This document shows, piece after piece, positions 26,785 through 39,200 of a stretch of DNA of 64,000 nt. Origin of the DNA: Mizuhopecten yessoensis (taxonomy: Eukaryota). Under the pieces are notes generated by a model that saw nothing but the letters and a program-made list of their open reading frames with translations, made no database searches and had not been told where the DNA came from. The stretch's first letter is position 1; each line of letters opens with the position of its first letter. Where the stretch lies: assembly GCF_002113885.1 (NCBI RefSeq), contig NW_018406415.1, forward strand, positions 1,645,038 through 1,709,037. Reading direction: 5' to 3'. Position numbers and translations under genes: made by a program.

Positions 26785-27090
26785 AAAGTATTCTCTCATT
26801 CCTACGTGTGTATGACAGGACTATCCAGGGTAAGATGGGGTGTAAGAAATTCTATCTTACTCCCATTTCAAGTGTGTGACTTCAGCTTCACAATGGCATA
26901 ACAATAACGTCATGTCAAGGAACCGGGAAATTCTGAGGCTGCGATGCAGAAATTGCTGTCTTTTTGTGGTTTCTGGGCAAATTCTGGCGATTGGAATGAA
27001 AGAAAAAAACCTGGATGGAATTTCCCTCTCCTACATCTCAGGAAAGTGTCATAAAGTCACTTTTCTGTCAGCTGCCCATTCAGGTCTTAT
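26785..27090. mobile_element. Non-autonomous DNA element related to 14020-14735
   Basis: Shares left and right modules with 14020-14735 but lacks the 37-bp array. Confidence 0.5.
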
Positions 27091-29903
27091 TTAGGTAGAC
27101 CCTAATTCCTAAATCCAGATGATTATTTAACAAAACTTCATAAGTGTGTACATTGATTAACTTAACTTAATTATTTAACTTTAGTAATGAAAAGATGTTT
27201 TTGCTGTGTGATGATAGAATGATCAATGTGGATGAGAAAACTGCAGTGTGTATGTACATTAGTGTTGGACATTGGCGATAAATGTAATAGCTGACCTCAT
27301 GTACAATTGTGGTTTGATGAATTTGTTTTCCATGATTGTTTGCTACATTTACCATGGACATGTATATATGATACAGTGATTAGTTTGTGTATGTCTTTAA
27401 GATTTTAAATTTTCTTCAGAATCATTATCAAGAGGTCATTAAGGTATAGCACTGATAAAGGCCCCCAATATATATATATCACTTGACAGATAAATTTAGT
27501 GGAGCTTTAGTTTGGAAATGATACACAAGTCCATATCTAGATCCCGACAATGTAAATTGTCAAAGCCTGCATTTGAAAGTCAAATTGAATGTCACCAATG
27601 ATTTGATCTTTGACTATAATGCATTCTGAGTATGACAGTATCCACATAGACAGGCTAGCTATCAGCCACTGAGTGTTTTTATAACCGATTTCCAAGCTGC
27701 ATTTTACTAAGATTATTTTCCTCTAGCTGAGAACTTATAGAATCAGTCATCCAAGTGATCAAACTGATTAGACTCCATTTTTCTCTCTCTACGCAACAGA
27801 TTTTATGATGTACCCTCTATGAAAAGATTATTCGATACAGTTTCTGTGCAATTAATATATTACTATTTACACTCTCTTGATCTTTACAATGAAATATGAT
27901 ATATTGTGCAGCCAATTTGTTCGATATTGATGTATTTCTTTAATCCTTTACATATTTTATGGTATTCAGTTTTGGTTTGATGTGTTTTTATTTTCGTGAA
28001 TGTCTTTTTTTTACAGTATTGTTGGCCCTAAATGACTCACATTGTCGGTGGGCCGTTAAACAATAATAAAACAAAACAAAACAAATAAATAATTCAATAT
28101 TCTAGAGACTAGTGCCAGTCTAAATACCCACAGTATAGCTACTGAAAAGTATTGAATGGGTGGCAATGATAAGTCAAAATAATGACAAGCAATATAGAAA
28201 TACTAGGTTGTTAGCCAAGTAGATATATTCTTTAGTTTTGATGATGCCAGGTATTCTTAATTATAGTCCTTGTCAACAGCTTATAATGCTGGATGGAATT
28301 ATACCTGAATGTTTACACAATAGCTGGCACCAAATTAAAATCTCTGGATTTAACAGCAGATTGAAAGGTTATAAATTGGCCAAATTATCAAATATTGAGG
28401 CCATCTAATTATCAGCTATACAGTATTAATGAAAAGTATAATAGTTAAATATAATAGATAGGAAATGAGTAACAATCGAGGCTGATAAAGTAGGGTTTAT
28501 TTTATGGACAGTAATACAATACATTTTTTTTTTTATTTATTTATTTATTTATTTTTTTATATGTGAAGATGTTTGCAATAGGTGAGCTATGTTGTTCTTG
28601 AAAACAGTGTGAGACAATCTTCAAAAGGCTGTAAAACATAGTTGAATTGAAGACTTATTTTAACAATTCCCTGAAGTTACATTTTGCACATGTATCAATC
28701 ATACACTGTAAGTTACAGTGTATTTTTTCTTGTTTAAATTTCATCTCTATTCATTTTGTTTAATCTTTAACTGAACTAACATGTGTGGTAATTAGTGAAA
28801 AGAATATTTGATGCGTGTGCTTGGGATGGGTTTTATTGTACAAGTGATTTAAGTGTTTATTAAATCTTTATTCTGTTACATACTGGTGTTGTATTATTTA
28901 ATTTGTAATATATTAGCAGGGCAGCAGGGCCGTCAGTCTATGTTGATAAAGATCTAGACACATTACCTTTGTCCTGATCCTCTCACTAATTATGGTTCAT
29001 TAAGGATGTATGCCACTGTTACAAAATCTCCTTTCAACAAGAGTTCTACACTAAAGAAAATCAATGAATACCGTTAAGGTATATGGATGCATTAACAATG
29101 AGTATAACTTTAAACTACATGTATTAGATCGATGTCATGTTACTGAATGGAAAAAAAAATCATGTTAAAGGGAGATAATCCCTAACACGTATCACATTAC
29201 CCGTGTGATGAAGCATATGATTATATTCCTTCAAAATTCACTCTTACACCATGACCAGGTGATGACCCTTACATATTCACATATTGCAAAACAATTAGGT
29301 CCTGTGGGCTAAATTGATAAAGGGGTGATAACTCATTCCAGACTCATCGACAAAACGTGGACTAGATATCGATGCCTAAATATGGGCTAATATGAACATT
29401 TTTTGTTACATAAGATGCTCTTTATATTTTCAGCAGGTGATGTTATTACTCATGAATAAACTAATAATCAAAAGTTTGGAGTGTTTTCTGTATATAACGA
29501 CATTGACTATCTATAGATCTGTTTTAGCATGCTATCTACCATACCTACATGGATAGCTTAATGATAAAGCATCAACTCAAAAAACATGTACAAGTAGAAA
29601 ATTTATTGAAAAATTAAACAGATAAAAATATAGTGAGTGATAACAATTTCAAACAATTTATAAAGAGTTCAACAAAAACATGAATAACAATGTACGTTTT
29701 GCCTATTGTCACATAACAAATAATTAGACGACTCCTTATTTGTATCACAAATATGTTGAACACACTGTAGTATCAAGACATGACCGAAGGAAATATAAAT
29801 TTTAAAGGATCACCAAATGAAGAGATATAAAACCATGAACTTTTATGTTGCGGATGTTTTGGAGATTGATGAAATTCACTGTTAACAGAGTTGCTTCTTG
29901 TGT

Positions 29904-30139
29904 CCATTAATGGTCACTCTAAGTTATGGTGGACCACCGTTAATGGTCACTCTAAGTTATGGTGGACTACCGTTAATGGTCAGTCTAAGTCATGGTGGAC
30001 CACCGTCAATGGTCACTCTAAGTTATGGTGGACCACCGTTAATGGCCACTCTAAGTTATGGTGGACCACCGTTAATGGTCACTCTAAGTTATGGTTGACC
30101 ACCGTTAATGGTCACTCTAAGTTATGGTGGACCATTAAT
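29904..30139. repeat. 33-bp minisatellite, about 7 copies (probable RDM1 3' UTR)
   Basis: Unit CCGTTAATGGTCACTCTAAGTTATGGTGGACCA. Confidence 0.95.
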
Positions 30140-30357
30140 AGGGGTCATGCTGTTGACCTTTGTTGATGCGTGGTCCCTGTTAACCTTTGTAATAAGTCAA
30201 TATGAACATGGATGCTGTTGATCTTTGCTGAGGGATGTTGTAAAATTTCAGTCAACGCTTATTGAGTCACAATCACTGTCGTAACCTTTGTTGAGGCATC
30301 ACTGTTGACCTTCGTTTCAAGCACCTCAAGTAACATTGTGATGATCTTGACCTCGAT

Positions 30358-33300
30358 CTACATTTCCTCTTCCAGCTGATGTAGGATGTGAAGGTTGATG
30401 TCATCAATGTCATCAATATCATTGAACGACATATCTATCTGCTCCTCTTCTGGCTCTTTATCTAACTCGTTAACCTGTAAATAATCAACATTTCTATTTA
30501 TCAGATAGCACACCTGTCAACACCATCAGAAAAGATCAACATCCCAGGTAAGTTAGGGGATGATGCTTGAGGTGTTGGGGAGGGGAGGGATTTGTAATTG
30601 ATAATACATGTATTCGATGATGTGGTCAGGCATTGTGGTAAAAAATATTGTACCACGGCCACTTGTATTTTCAGTGCAAGGAAAAAATCATCAGGGAAAG
30701 TGGGGTTCAAATGCCTCAACCACAACCCCCTCCCCCATTCCCTGTGCTTATTTCTTTAACTCATTCACCCCTGACATTTTTATAATGAACTATTCCAACC
30801 TTTGAATTGGAAGAGTTCAAATGTGTCTTTAGGGGTGAATGAGTTAATAGTCTTTGAAGTTATTACAGAAAGAGAAATTAGTCTTGAAAAGTGTTATTGC
30901 AGAAAAAGGTATCTTTTTACTTAACCTTAAGAACAGGTTCCATGTTAACTTGTTTCTGGGCCAGTAAGGCATCTGGTCTGGTGGTGTCTATTTCGACAGA
31001 AACTTTGCCGTTGTTGAGGACGATGAGGAGGACTCTGGAGAAAGCGTCCTCCACAGCTCTCTGGTAGGACAGTTTCTTAGCCTTACAGATCGCTTTGGCT
31101 CTACTTGTGGGATCTGGCAAGACAAGGCAAACAAAATAAATCTTAAGCGAATGGTAAACGGTGTACCCCCATTCTAGCTGTCTGGTGGAATAGTTTCTTG
31201 GCCTTAGATTAATAGAATCTTTCACCCCCTTGGGGACGAGATAGGGGAATCNTCTGGTGGAACAGTTTCTTGGCCTTAGATAAATAGAATCTTTCACCCC
31301 CTTGGGGGTGAGATAGGGGAATCTCAACCCTTGGGGGTGAGATAGGGGAATTTCAACCCGAGGGGGAAGATTTTTATGTTGCCAAACACGAGGCTTTGAC
31401 GAGTGTTTGGCAACTTCAGAATCTTTCCCCGAGGGTTGAGATTCCCCTATCTTAATTACATTTGTACCTACAAGGGGTGAATGATTCTTTTTCTCTTCCC
31501 CTGTTCTCCAAATGTGTATCATATACACAATGTAATGATAACGTTACATGCTAAATTCAGGGTTGATGTGACGTCATTGTATTGTTGAAGTGGCGTCATA
31601 CCATTGTTATGAATAGAGGAATCCCCCCGTCTCAACACTAGTGTGAGACAAGGAAATCTCACACCGGTAAAAGTGTGGATACACCTGTCCAGGGTAAGAG
31701 AATGCCTTGTCTCTACTAGTTCGATGGGGAGAGACACCAGTGATAAAAACAATATAAATGAGACGAAACTCCTGTTTAAAAATGGTGTTCTCAAAAGCTT
31801 ATTTAGTAGTACAGTTTCTCAGCCTCAAAGATTGGCTTGGATCTACTTATGGGATCTAAGGAGACAACATACAAAATGAAGGGGGGGGGGAAGTAACTCT
31901 GTATAACACTGGTATTTTCTTAGCCATACAGATAAAATTTCACCTGTGTGATCTGACGAAACAAGGGAGACAATATAAATGTACAGGGGAAGTAACTCGG
32001 GTTATTATTTCCATTCTCAATACCACTCCAGTAGGTCAGTTTCTTAGCCTTACAAATTGCTTTGGTTCTACTTGTGTAGACAGGTAGGACAATATAAATG
32101 TCTAGGGAGGTAATTGTGGTAGTCAGACATTAGCATAATCTACTGCTCTTTTGTTGGCCATAAGATTAAATTTCTTTTGGGATCTGCAGACATGGAAGAT
32201 GATGTATAGAGGAGGTATTAATTTTAGTCTAGTCAATAATAACTTATCATCCAGATCTCTCTATAGTCTAGGTGGACAGGCACTTGACGTTACAGTCTTC
32301 TACATATAGAGACAGGGGAGATAACTAGTGATGAGAAGGAATGTTATTCATTATTAATATTAAAAGTCGATGTAGGTTTCTAGTGGTATTATTCCGAAAG
32401 TAAAAAGGGAGAAAATGACAAGGGGATATAGTTAATGGTAAACACACAATAGTTTCTATATTTAAGACAAGCCTTCCTTACACATTACCTAAACAAGTTA
32501 ACCTTTGGTGAGACAAGCCTCCCTTACACGTTACCTTAACAAGTTAACCTGTAACCAATGCTAATTCACCTGTGGTGAGACAGGATTCCTCCCAAGCTCC
32601 AAGACCATCAGTACTTAAACCATGTTGAGCGATGTTCAATCTGACCACACACACATACTGCAGCTTTTTTATCTCACCTTCCTGCACCTCAGAGTCACAT
32701 TCTAGCTGCAATGGGACAATGTACTACATCAATTATAGCAAACAAGTTTTGTCTGTAATTAGGACTTTTTTTCTTCATTGTTGGATTATCAAGTACATTC
32801 AAACAGTAGGGCTGCTAATAAAGTTTTAAAGTACTCTAAGTGTATCACGATACAGGCAAACAAAACTATTCAAATCGATACATGAGAAAGTATTGCGATA
32901 CAATACAATTTGATAGATCGTTGCAGCCCTATCAAACTGACATTCAAACAAACTTGTTTACATACAAAAAAATATACAACCGTACAAACATGAAATAATA
33001 AAATCAAACATTAACAACAACAAAAATAACATATTCTTTCAGTTTCCGTTAATGGGCCATTAAACAAACTTTCAAATCATCATGGCTGACATATTTTGTT
33101 CAATTATTACCCAGTAAAATCAACAGATAGCTCCAACATTGCCGTACTTTCATGACATGAAATTCTTCTACTGTAGTTTGTTCCAGATGACAATACATTT
33201 TACACAGTTATGGGGTCAACAAAAAGAACCAAGAATACCTCATGTCTGGACAATGGGTCATACTAAAATTTGGAAAATTATCAATATATTCAAAATTATG

Positions 33301-36014
33301 ACGGAATGGACAACGGAACAAGAAGAGTATCTATACCTATCAGACAACATAATCATGATGCTCAACATGTATCAAATGATGTTATTAAAAATAAGTTATT
33401 ATATATACAGTAACGTAATTCCCTTTTTGAGAGAAAGATAAATTAGATTTTCCCCCTTCTCCATCCTTGACCTGACGAGGCCCAGTCAATGATTTACAGT
33501 ACTTAAAATATAAACTAGAGATTTAAGACTGGTAGCATGACTGGACTTCGTGTGAAGCGGATTAAACACTGAATATCCATAACTGGTTCTATCATAACTC
33601 CCATTTCATTATCCTAAAAAGCCCCCTCGTTTAAGCTAATTTTTAAGCACTATATGGGTGCTAATAATGGTGAATAAGGCACTGAAACCATATAACTCTT
33701 GCGCATATTTGAGAACTATATCCAATGACTGTCATATTCAAACGGAATTAATATTTGTTATATGAAGAAAGAAAATGGTTAGATTCGTGTTATTTCTTAC
33801 CAGTTTGACAGAAGTGGACCATCCATTAAAGCCTAGGTATTGGTTTGCCAGTTCCTGACACTTTGTAAAGTGTAGAGTGGCTCTACTTATTTCCTTCTTT
33901 CTCTTGGCTGTGGAAATCTGGAACACCACAACAACATACGAATGTATATCGTTTGGTAGTGCTGTGTATCGATAGGGTTGTGACGATATGATACGTGTCA
34001 CGATACATGGGTCACCATACCATACGCATTGTGATACTTGTCACAATTTTTTGTATAAATCTGTTACCATAATTTTCCTTGACTTGAAACGAACCTTGAC
34101 ATGAAACGAATCTGAAGTGTTTACCAGGTTTAATGTGTTTATCAAGTGATCCATCTCCTAGATTGTGTAAGATTTTAATTTTTGAAATAATTGGTTTTTT
34201 TTGGTGATAGATCAAGAAGAAAGAAATGCATGCTTTTTTTAAAATGAATTTTGAATGATGGTAATTAACCACTCTAAAATGGCAGTAACCTGTACGAAGG
34301 TTTTTAAAAGTATCACGGTACTATCGGAGGATGGGACATTGCATCTGCACTCAAGATATGACACGATTCACTGATACATCTTGTGTTTCTGTTAGCGCTA
34401 AGGGTTTGGTAGGAAGGCATTTTTTTTGTTATTATTTTGGAAAATATTTGTACCTATGGTTAAGCTTATATAGAGCAAGAGTTTAACAGTGCATGCCACT
34501 AAATGTCAATGTTAGGCACAAATATATAGGGAAGGTAGGGTTTGCGGAAACACAAGATTTGTTTTTATTTGGTCTGATGTATCTCAGGTTTACATACCTT
34601 GCACTCATTCCCTTGAATAATAAGTCGGCTTTTTAAATTGTCCTTTGCCCTTTTAGCACTCATAGCCAGATAAAACGTCACAAAGGCATAGTATCCATTC
34701 TGCTCGTTGTTACCACCAGGTGGTGTTGACTTGTCTTTGTCTGTGTCATTAAGTGCTATTCCCACCCTACAGTTGAAAGGAGGTGTGTCTGGCTCAGAGA
34801 CTGGTCGAGAAATTTTTATACTTGCCGGACACAGACGAATACCATATACTGGGCCATATGTTGTGAATAGTTGATAGAACTTATCCTGTAAATCAAATGT
34901 TACATATATATATATCTCTGAGATTTATGCATGGTTAGAATGATTGTCATATATGTGTGCTGCGGAACTGGACAGTGGGTCGATTGTTGGCCACCAGATA
35001 GCTGAATCGGTAGACGTAGAGCGTGATCTGTCTAGAGTATGGAGGATCCTGGGTTCGAACCCTGGTCTGACCGTGCAGCTTTCCTCTCCTGGTACAGTGG
35101 TGCCTGTGACCAAGCCATGTTTCAAGCATTTGGTGTATGCTTGGCAAAGGGGATACCCAAACCTGGGTTGTAAATAGTTGTGTCTTCTGGGGCAAAGACT
35201 TAAAAAAAAGGAGGGAGGAATGTAGCGGAATTGGACTGGGTCGATCGTCAGCGACCGGATAGCCCAATTGGTAGAGCGTCCATCAAGAGTTAGGAGGGTC
35301 CCGGGTTCGAACCAAGGTCTTGCTGTGCATTTTGCCTCTCCTGTTACATGTGTTACGCTACAATAATACCTGACTATCAGATAGAAAATCAGACAATTTA
35401 GATTTATTGTTGACGAGACAATATCATTTACATAAAGATATATACTGGTACCTATATAACACATACAATATTGTACCATGATCAAATTTGCAAGCTGATC
35501 GAGACTCCATGCAGCGGGATTCAAACTTCTGACCTTAGCTCAGATATCTAGGCGAACGCTCTACCCATTGAGCTACCCGGCCGATGGCGATCCAATTCCA
35601 CTTCATATGTATATGTCAGAGACGTATACAGTCATTAGTTATAATGCATCTCCTGGCATAATGTGGATATTTATATATTATGTTTACTTTTTACGTCATG
35701 TATGTATTTCTTTCCATTTACAAAAATACCATACCTGTTTTGTGTTATCAGTGATCTTTTTTCATTATGTTCAAAATGTTGGAATCAATTCCCTAACCTA
35801 CAAATTGTGTAGAAAAAAAATGCTGCCTTTGAAAGTGAAACTGAAAGCAAACAAGGCCTAATTATGCATGTGTACATTCTGTATATTTTAAGCAAGTTAT
35901 GAATCTTACCAGTATCTCAGCTTCTTCCATCCAAGGTATACCGGTTATATATAAATTCTTGTTGTTTCCCTCTGGGCGAATAAACTCTAAAATCTCTAGG
36001 CTTACTGCTGACAT
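30358..36014 (-). CDS. RDM1: RAD52 motif-containing protein 1 (RRM + RAD52-like motif); 6 exons, about 316 aa
   Basis: Exons 36014-35910, 34885-34598, 33917-33801, 32705-32570, 31113-30926, 30474-30358; phases consistent. RRM (NLYITGI..LFTTYGPVY..GYYAFVTFY), KCQELANQYLGFNGWS, DGLG, KAKKLSYQRAVEDAFSRVLLIVLNNGKVSVE, acidic tail. Confidence 0.9.
30756..30847. mobile_element. Tiny TTAA-flanked MITE, second copy
   Basis: Same TIR and core (AACCTTTGAATTGGAAGAGTTCAAATGTGT) as 26029-26119. Confidence 0.75.
31210..31700. mobile_element. Non-autonomous DNA element with hairpin-rich termini
   Basis: TAGAATCTTTCACCCCCTTGGGGGTGAGATAGGGGAATCTCAACCC modules; about 300 bp colinear with 54670-54960. Confidence 0.7.
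34958..35348 (+). mobile_element. TRIM (miniature LTR retrotransposon) with tRNA-derived Pol III promoter in each LTR (Helenus-like)
   Basis: LTR1 34958-35096 (TG...ACA), PBS TGGTGCCTGTGACC from 35098, PPT AAAAAAAAGGAGGGAGGAA ending 35220, LTR2 35221-35348 (TGT...ACA), and TSD TGTG on both sides. A box TAGCCCAATTGG (35260); B boxes GGTTCGAACC (35052, 35304). Confidence 0.85.
35500..35605 (-). mobile_element. Solo-LTR-like fragment of the same TRIM family
   Basis: The minus strand reads GTGGAATTGGATCGCCATCGGCCGGGTAGCTCAATGGGTAGAGCGTTCGCCTAGA...GTTTGAATCCC, like the LTR head. Confidence 0.5.
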
Positions 36015-36282
36015 GTTTTGTGACAACAAGTTTACTTGTATTTCCCTCCTTACTTTGTAATATATAGTCTATATTAGATAAATGTCATTTTAATAACTTA
36101 AACAAAAAGTGATGTAAAATACGCCATAAATTAATACAAATTTCAACTTCGAAGTATATTATATATGCTGCAAAAAAAACCACCCACTGCCAAGGCTCAT
36201 TTTACACATAATATTCCTCTTATAAATCTTAAGCAAGTAACATGATAAAGACTATACCTAACCGGAAGTTGATATTTCCAAT
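36015..36282. promoter_or_regulatory. Bidirectional promoter RDM1 / METTL21D
   Basis: Divergent ATGs separated by only 268 bp; ETS/GABP-type ACCGGAAGT at 36261. Confidence 0.7.
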
Positions 36283-39200
36283 ATGTCTGCGCCCGTAGAC
36301 AACACATTCATCCGAGAATTAGAACTGAAAAACGAAGAGAAACTTAAAATCCATCAATTAGAAGTAGGCGATGTTGGTTGTGTTGTATGGGATGCGGCGC
36401 TAGTTATGTGTAAATACCTCGAGACGGCAGACTTTGATGGCGGGGAATCGTGGCGGGGACTAGATGTAGTGGAATTGGGGGCCGGTACAGGTGTACTTGG
36501 TGTGTACGCTGCCGTTTACGGGTTCGTACACACTCACAGTTGCTACAAACGTTCAAAAATGTATTTACTAGGGTGTCGGGTAGTTTCTCACTAAATCATG
36601 TTTTCTGCAGGTTGTTTCGCCATGAAAATATAGTTAAGGGAGATCTTTTTTCTGGTGTAATGTCGTTTCGGTAACAAGCCGTTTCGGTAACAAGACGAAA
36701 GTCGTTCCGGGATTTTTTAGGGTTGTTTCGGGACATGTCAAAAGTCGTTTCGGGATTTTTCATTTTATTTCTTCTGTAAATACCATTGTCTTTTTTCTTT
36801 AAACATATTTTATCGACAAATAATTTGAACAATGAATTGGGTAAAAGTTATTAGAATGTATCATAGCCTTAGGCTACATTTGCCAGAGACGAATAATACG
36901 TCTCTGCATTTGCCATTACATGAAGTGAATATATATAATATTCAAAGACACAAATCCACAACATAAAAAAACATTGTTCAAAACATATTCCTGGATTTGA
37001 TGAATATTGGACCACATGTCTAAAACATATTCCACGTTTTTATTTTCGTGAAATTTAACTTCATATACTATGATATAGCAAAAAAATGCTTAAAACATAT
37101 TGTTTAAATCAATGTTAACTCATTCGTCTCTTAATGTCAATAATGGAGAATAGAGTGAATTGAAATCATGATATTACATACAATAGCAAACAAGGAACCT
37201 ATCAATAACGAAAGAAATTGAATGTTAAATTTCATAAGTTCCTCTCTGTATTTGATAACACACTGGCAATCGGGTAAAGGTTGGTAGGTATCCCCTCTAG
37301 CAATCTGGTAATACTAACGATCCCAAGCACGGGTAGGTCGTGACACAGGTCATACAGGACTTTATTTGAAATGGGAGAGAAATGTAATCTATAAGTGAAA
37401 ATTTTATATGTCCCGAAACGACTTGATCAAGTCCCGAAACATCGTGTTACCGAAACGACTAGCATTCTTTTTTCTAACTTGTAACGTTACTTAGCATTGT
37501 ATGGCTTTTACGATAAAATGTCAAGTATTCCTTAAATCTTTTATTTTATAAGACTTACATTCTCACTCCAGCATGCTGCGTATCCATGGCCAACTAGATA
37601 TTCTCACAGCATACCTTTAGTTCGTCCGGTAAAACAATTGTGTATGAAGCATAAAACACTAAGATTGACATCATATTTTATGATATAAAAATATCGATCA
37701 TATAATACAATCTGTATTTATAAGGGCAAACAATCCACGTGCAAACATGATTGGCCTGCATTCTATTACCAGTGTTCAATATATGACTCTGACTTAAAAC
37801 AAAGCTTTCATGACAAGCTGTTATTGAACAAACTATGATGATCAGGTAGTTACGTTACAGGAGAGGGAAATGTTTGCTTAAGATGATTAAACTTGTCGCA
37901 GATATTATTGTACATACGATTATGATTGTCTTCTATTCCGTCTTTGCGTATTGCAGAGTTATCTTCTCTTTGGAGCAGGTATTGATTGTTTTGTCATTGG
38001 TTTGTGTGAGAAAATTTCGTCGTTTTCTCAAAAATTGATGACGTTGCTCTCACAAACAAGTGACGTAACAATCAATACCTGCCCCCAAGAGAAGATAACT
38101 CTGCAATACGCAAAGACGGAATAGCTTTGCGTAAGAGGAAATTTCTCTTTAGCTCAATCCATAAAACAGACAACTAGATAGCTGGGGGTTGCTCATGGTT
38201 TTTCATCAAACTGCAACACACTATAGCTCTCTTTTCTTTTATATTTATGTGATCATTTGTTGCAAATCACTTATTTGTGACAATTTAAATTTGTGAATAG
38301 ACAGTAATAAATTCATTCCATTTTTATAAGCAGTGGAATATTTCAGAAATTCAAAAACATATTTTTTGTTAGTGGGGGGAACGTTTTCTCAATACCAGGA
38401 AGTAACAGATTACCAAATCAATGTGTTGATTGTTTTATAATTTGACATTCGATTCTGAAGCCCCTGCTGTTTGTTCATTTTCTTCAAGTTCTAAAAATGA
38501 ACTTAAAAGAATAATTTTATGGTTTCCTGTTGAATTACTGTTTAAGTTAACTCCTCTGGCAGCATACACTACTTTCACTTGTGCTGGTTATGACACACTG
38601 GTTCAAACACTGCAGTATCTTGCAACCCTTTAAAGAAAAAATAGTATTTAACGGAAAAAATCATTAGATTTGTTCTGATGACTGCACAGAAAAAATCAAA
38701 TTCCTGAGAGGTGTGATCGTGGCTTACAGTTTTTCTCCCTTTACAGTGCTAACGTAACAATAACCGATTTACCCGAGTTTCTGCCACTGATGAATCTAAA
38801 CATCGATACCAACCAACATCACATAACAGGGAGAGCCGTGGCTCAGTCCTTACAGTGGGGGGAGGAATCGCTGGGACGGACCGTCGAATATGTTCTCTTG
38901 GCAGACTGTATATACTACGAAAAGGTAAGTTTGTCAACATCAAATTATATTACTATAAGTTCTTGTATTGCCTGCTCCGTTGTTATAGCCTGCAAACTTA
39001 TCATGTTAAGGAAAAGTCTGCAAATTGCCTTCTCCGCCAAATTGCTTGGGTATTTTCTGCAACATAAGAACTGTTATGCGGCGCTCACACAGTGCCAATT
39101 ATGGCTCCCGTTTGAAATCAGACAGCGCTACGACACGAAAAGCGAAAAAGTCCGATTACTATCCTCAATGATCTGGAATGTCCTATCATTGTCTGAACGC

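Noticed and set aside
29891-30166. WWTTVNGHSKL-repeat ORF
   Set aside because: Translation of a 33-bp minisatellite antisense to the RDM1 3' region; no splice or start context.
31180-31325. About 70-bp direct duplication and the 203-aa ORF 30917-31528
   Set aside because: The duplication flanks a single N (31252), so it is an assembly join. The ORF is MITE sequence running in frame into the real RDM1 exon 5.
34975-35320. Functional tRNA genes
   Set aside because: A/B boxes are present but I could not form acceptor and anticodon stems. The sequences are embedded in LTR-like repeats.
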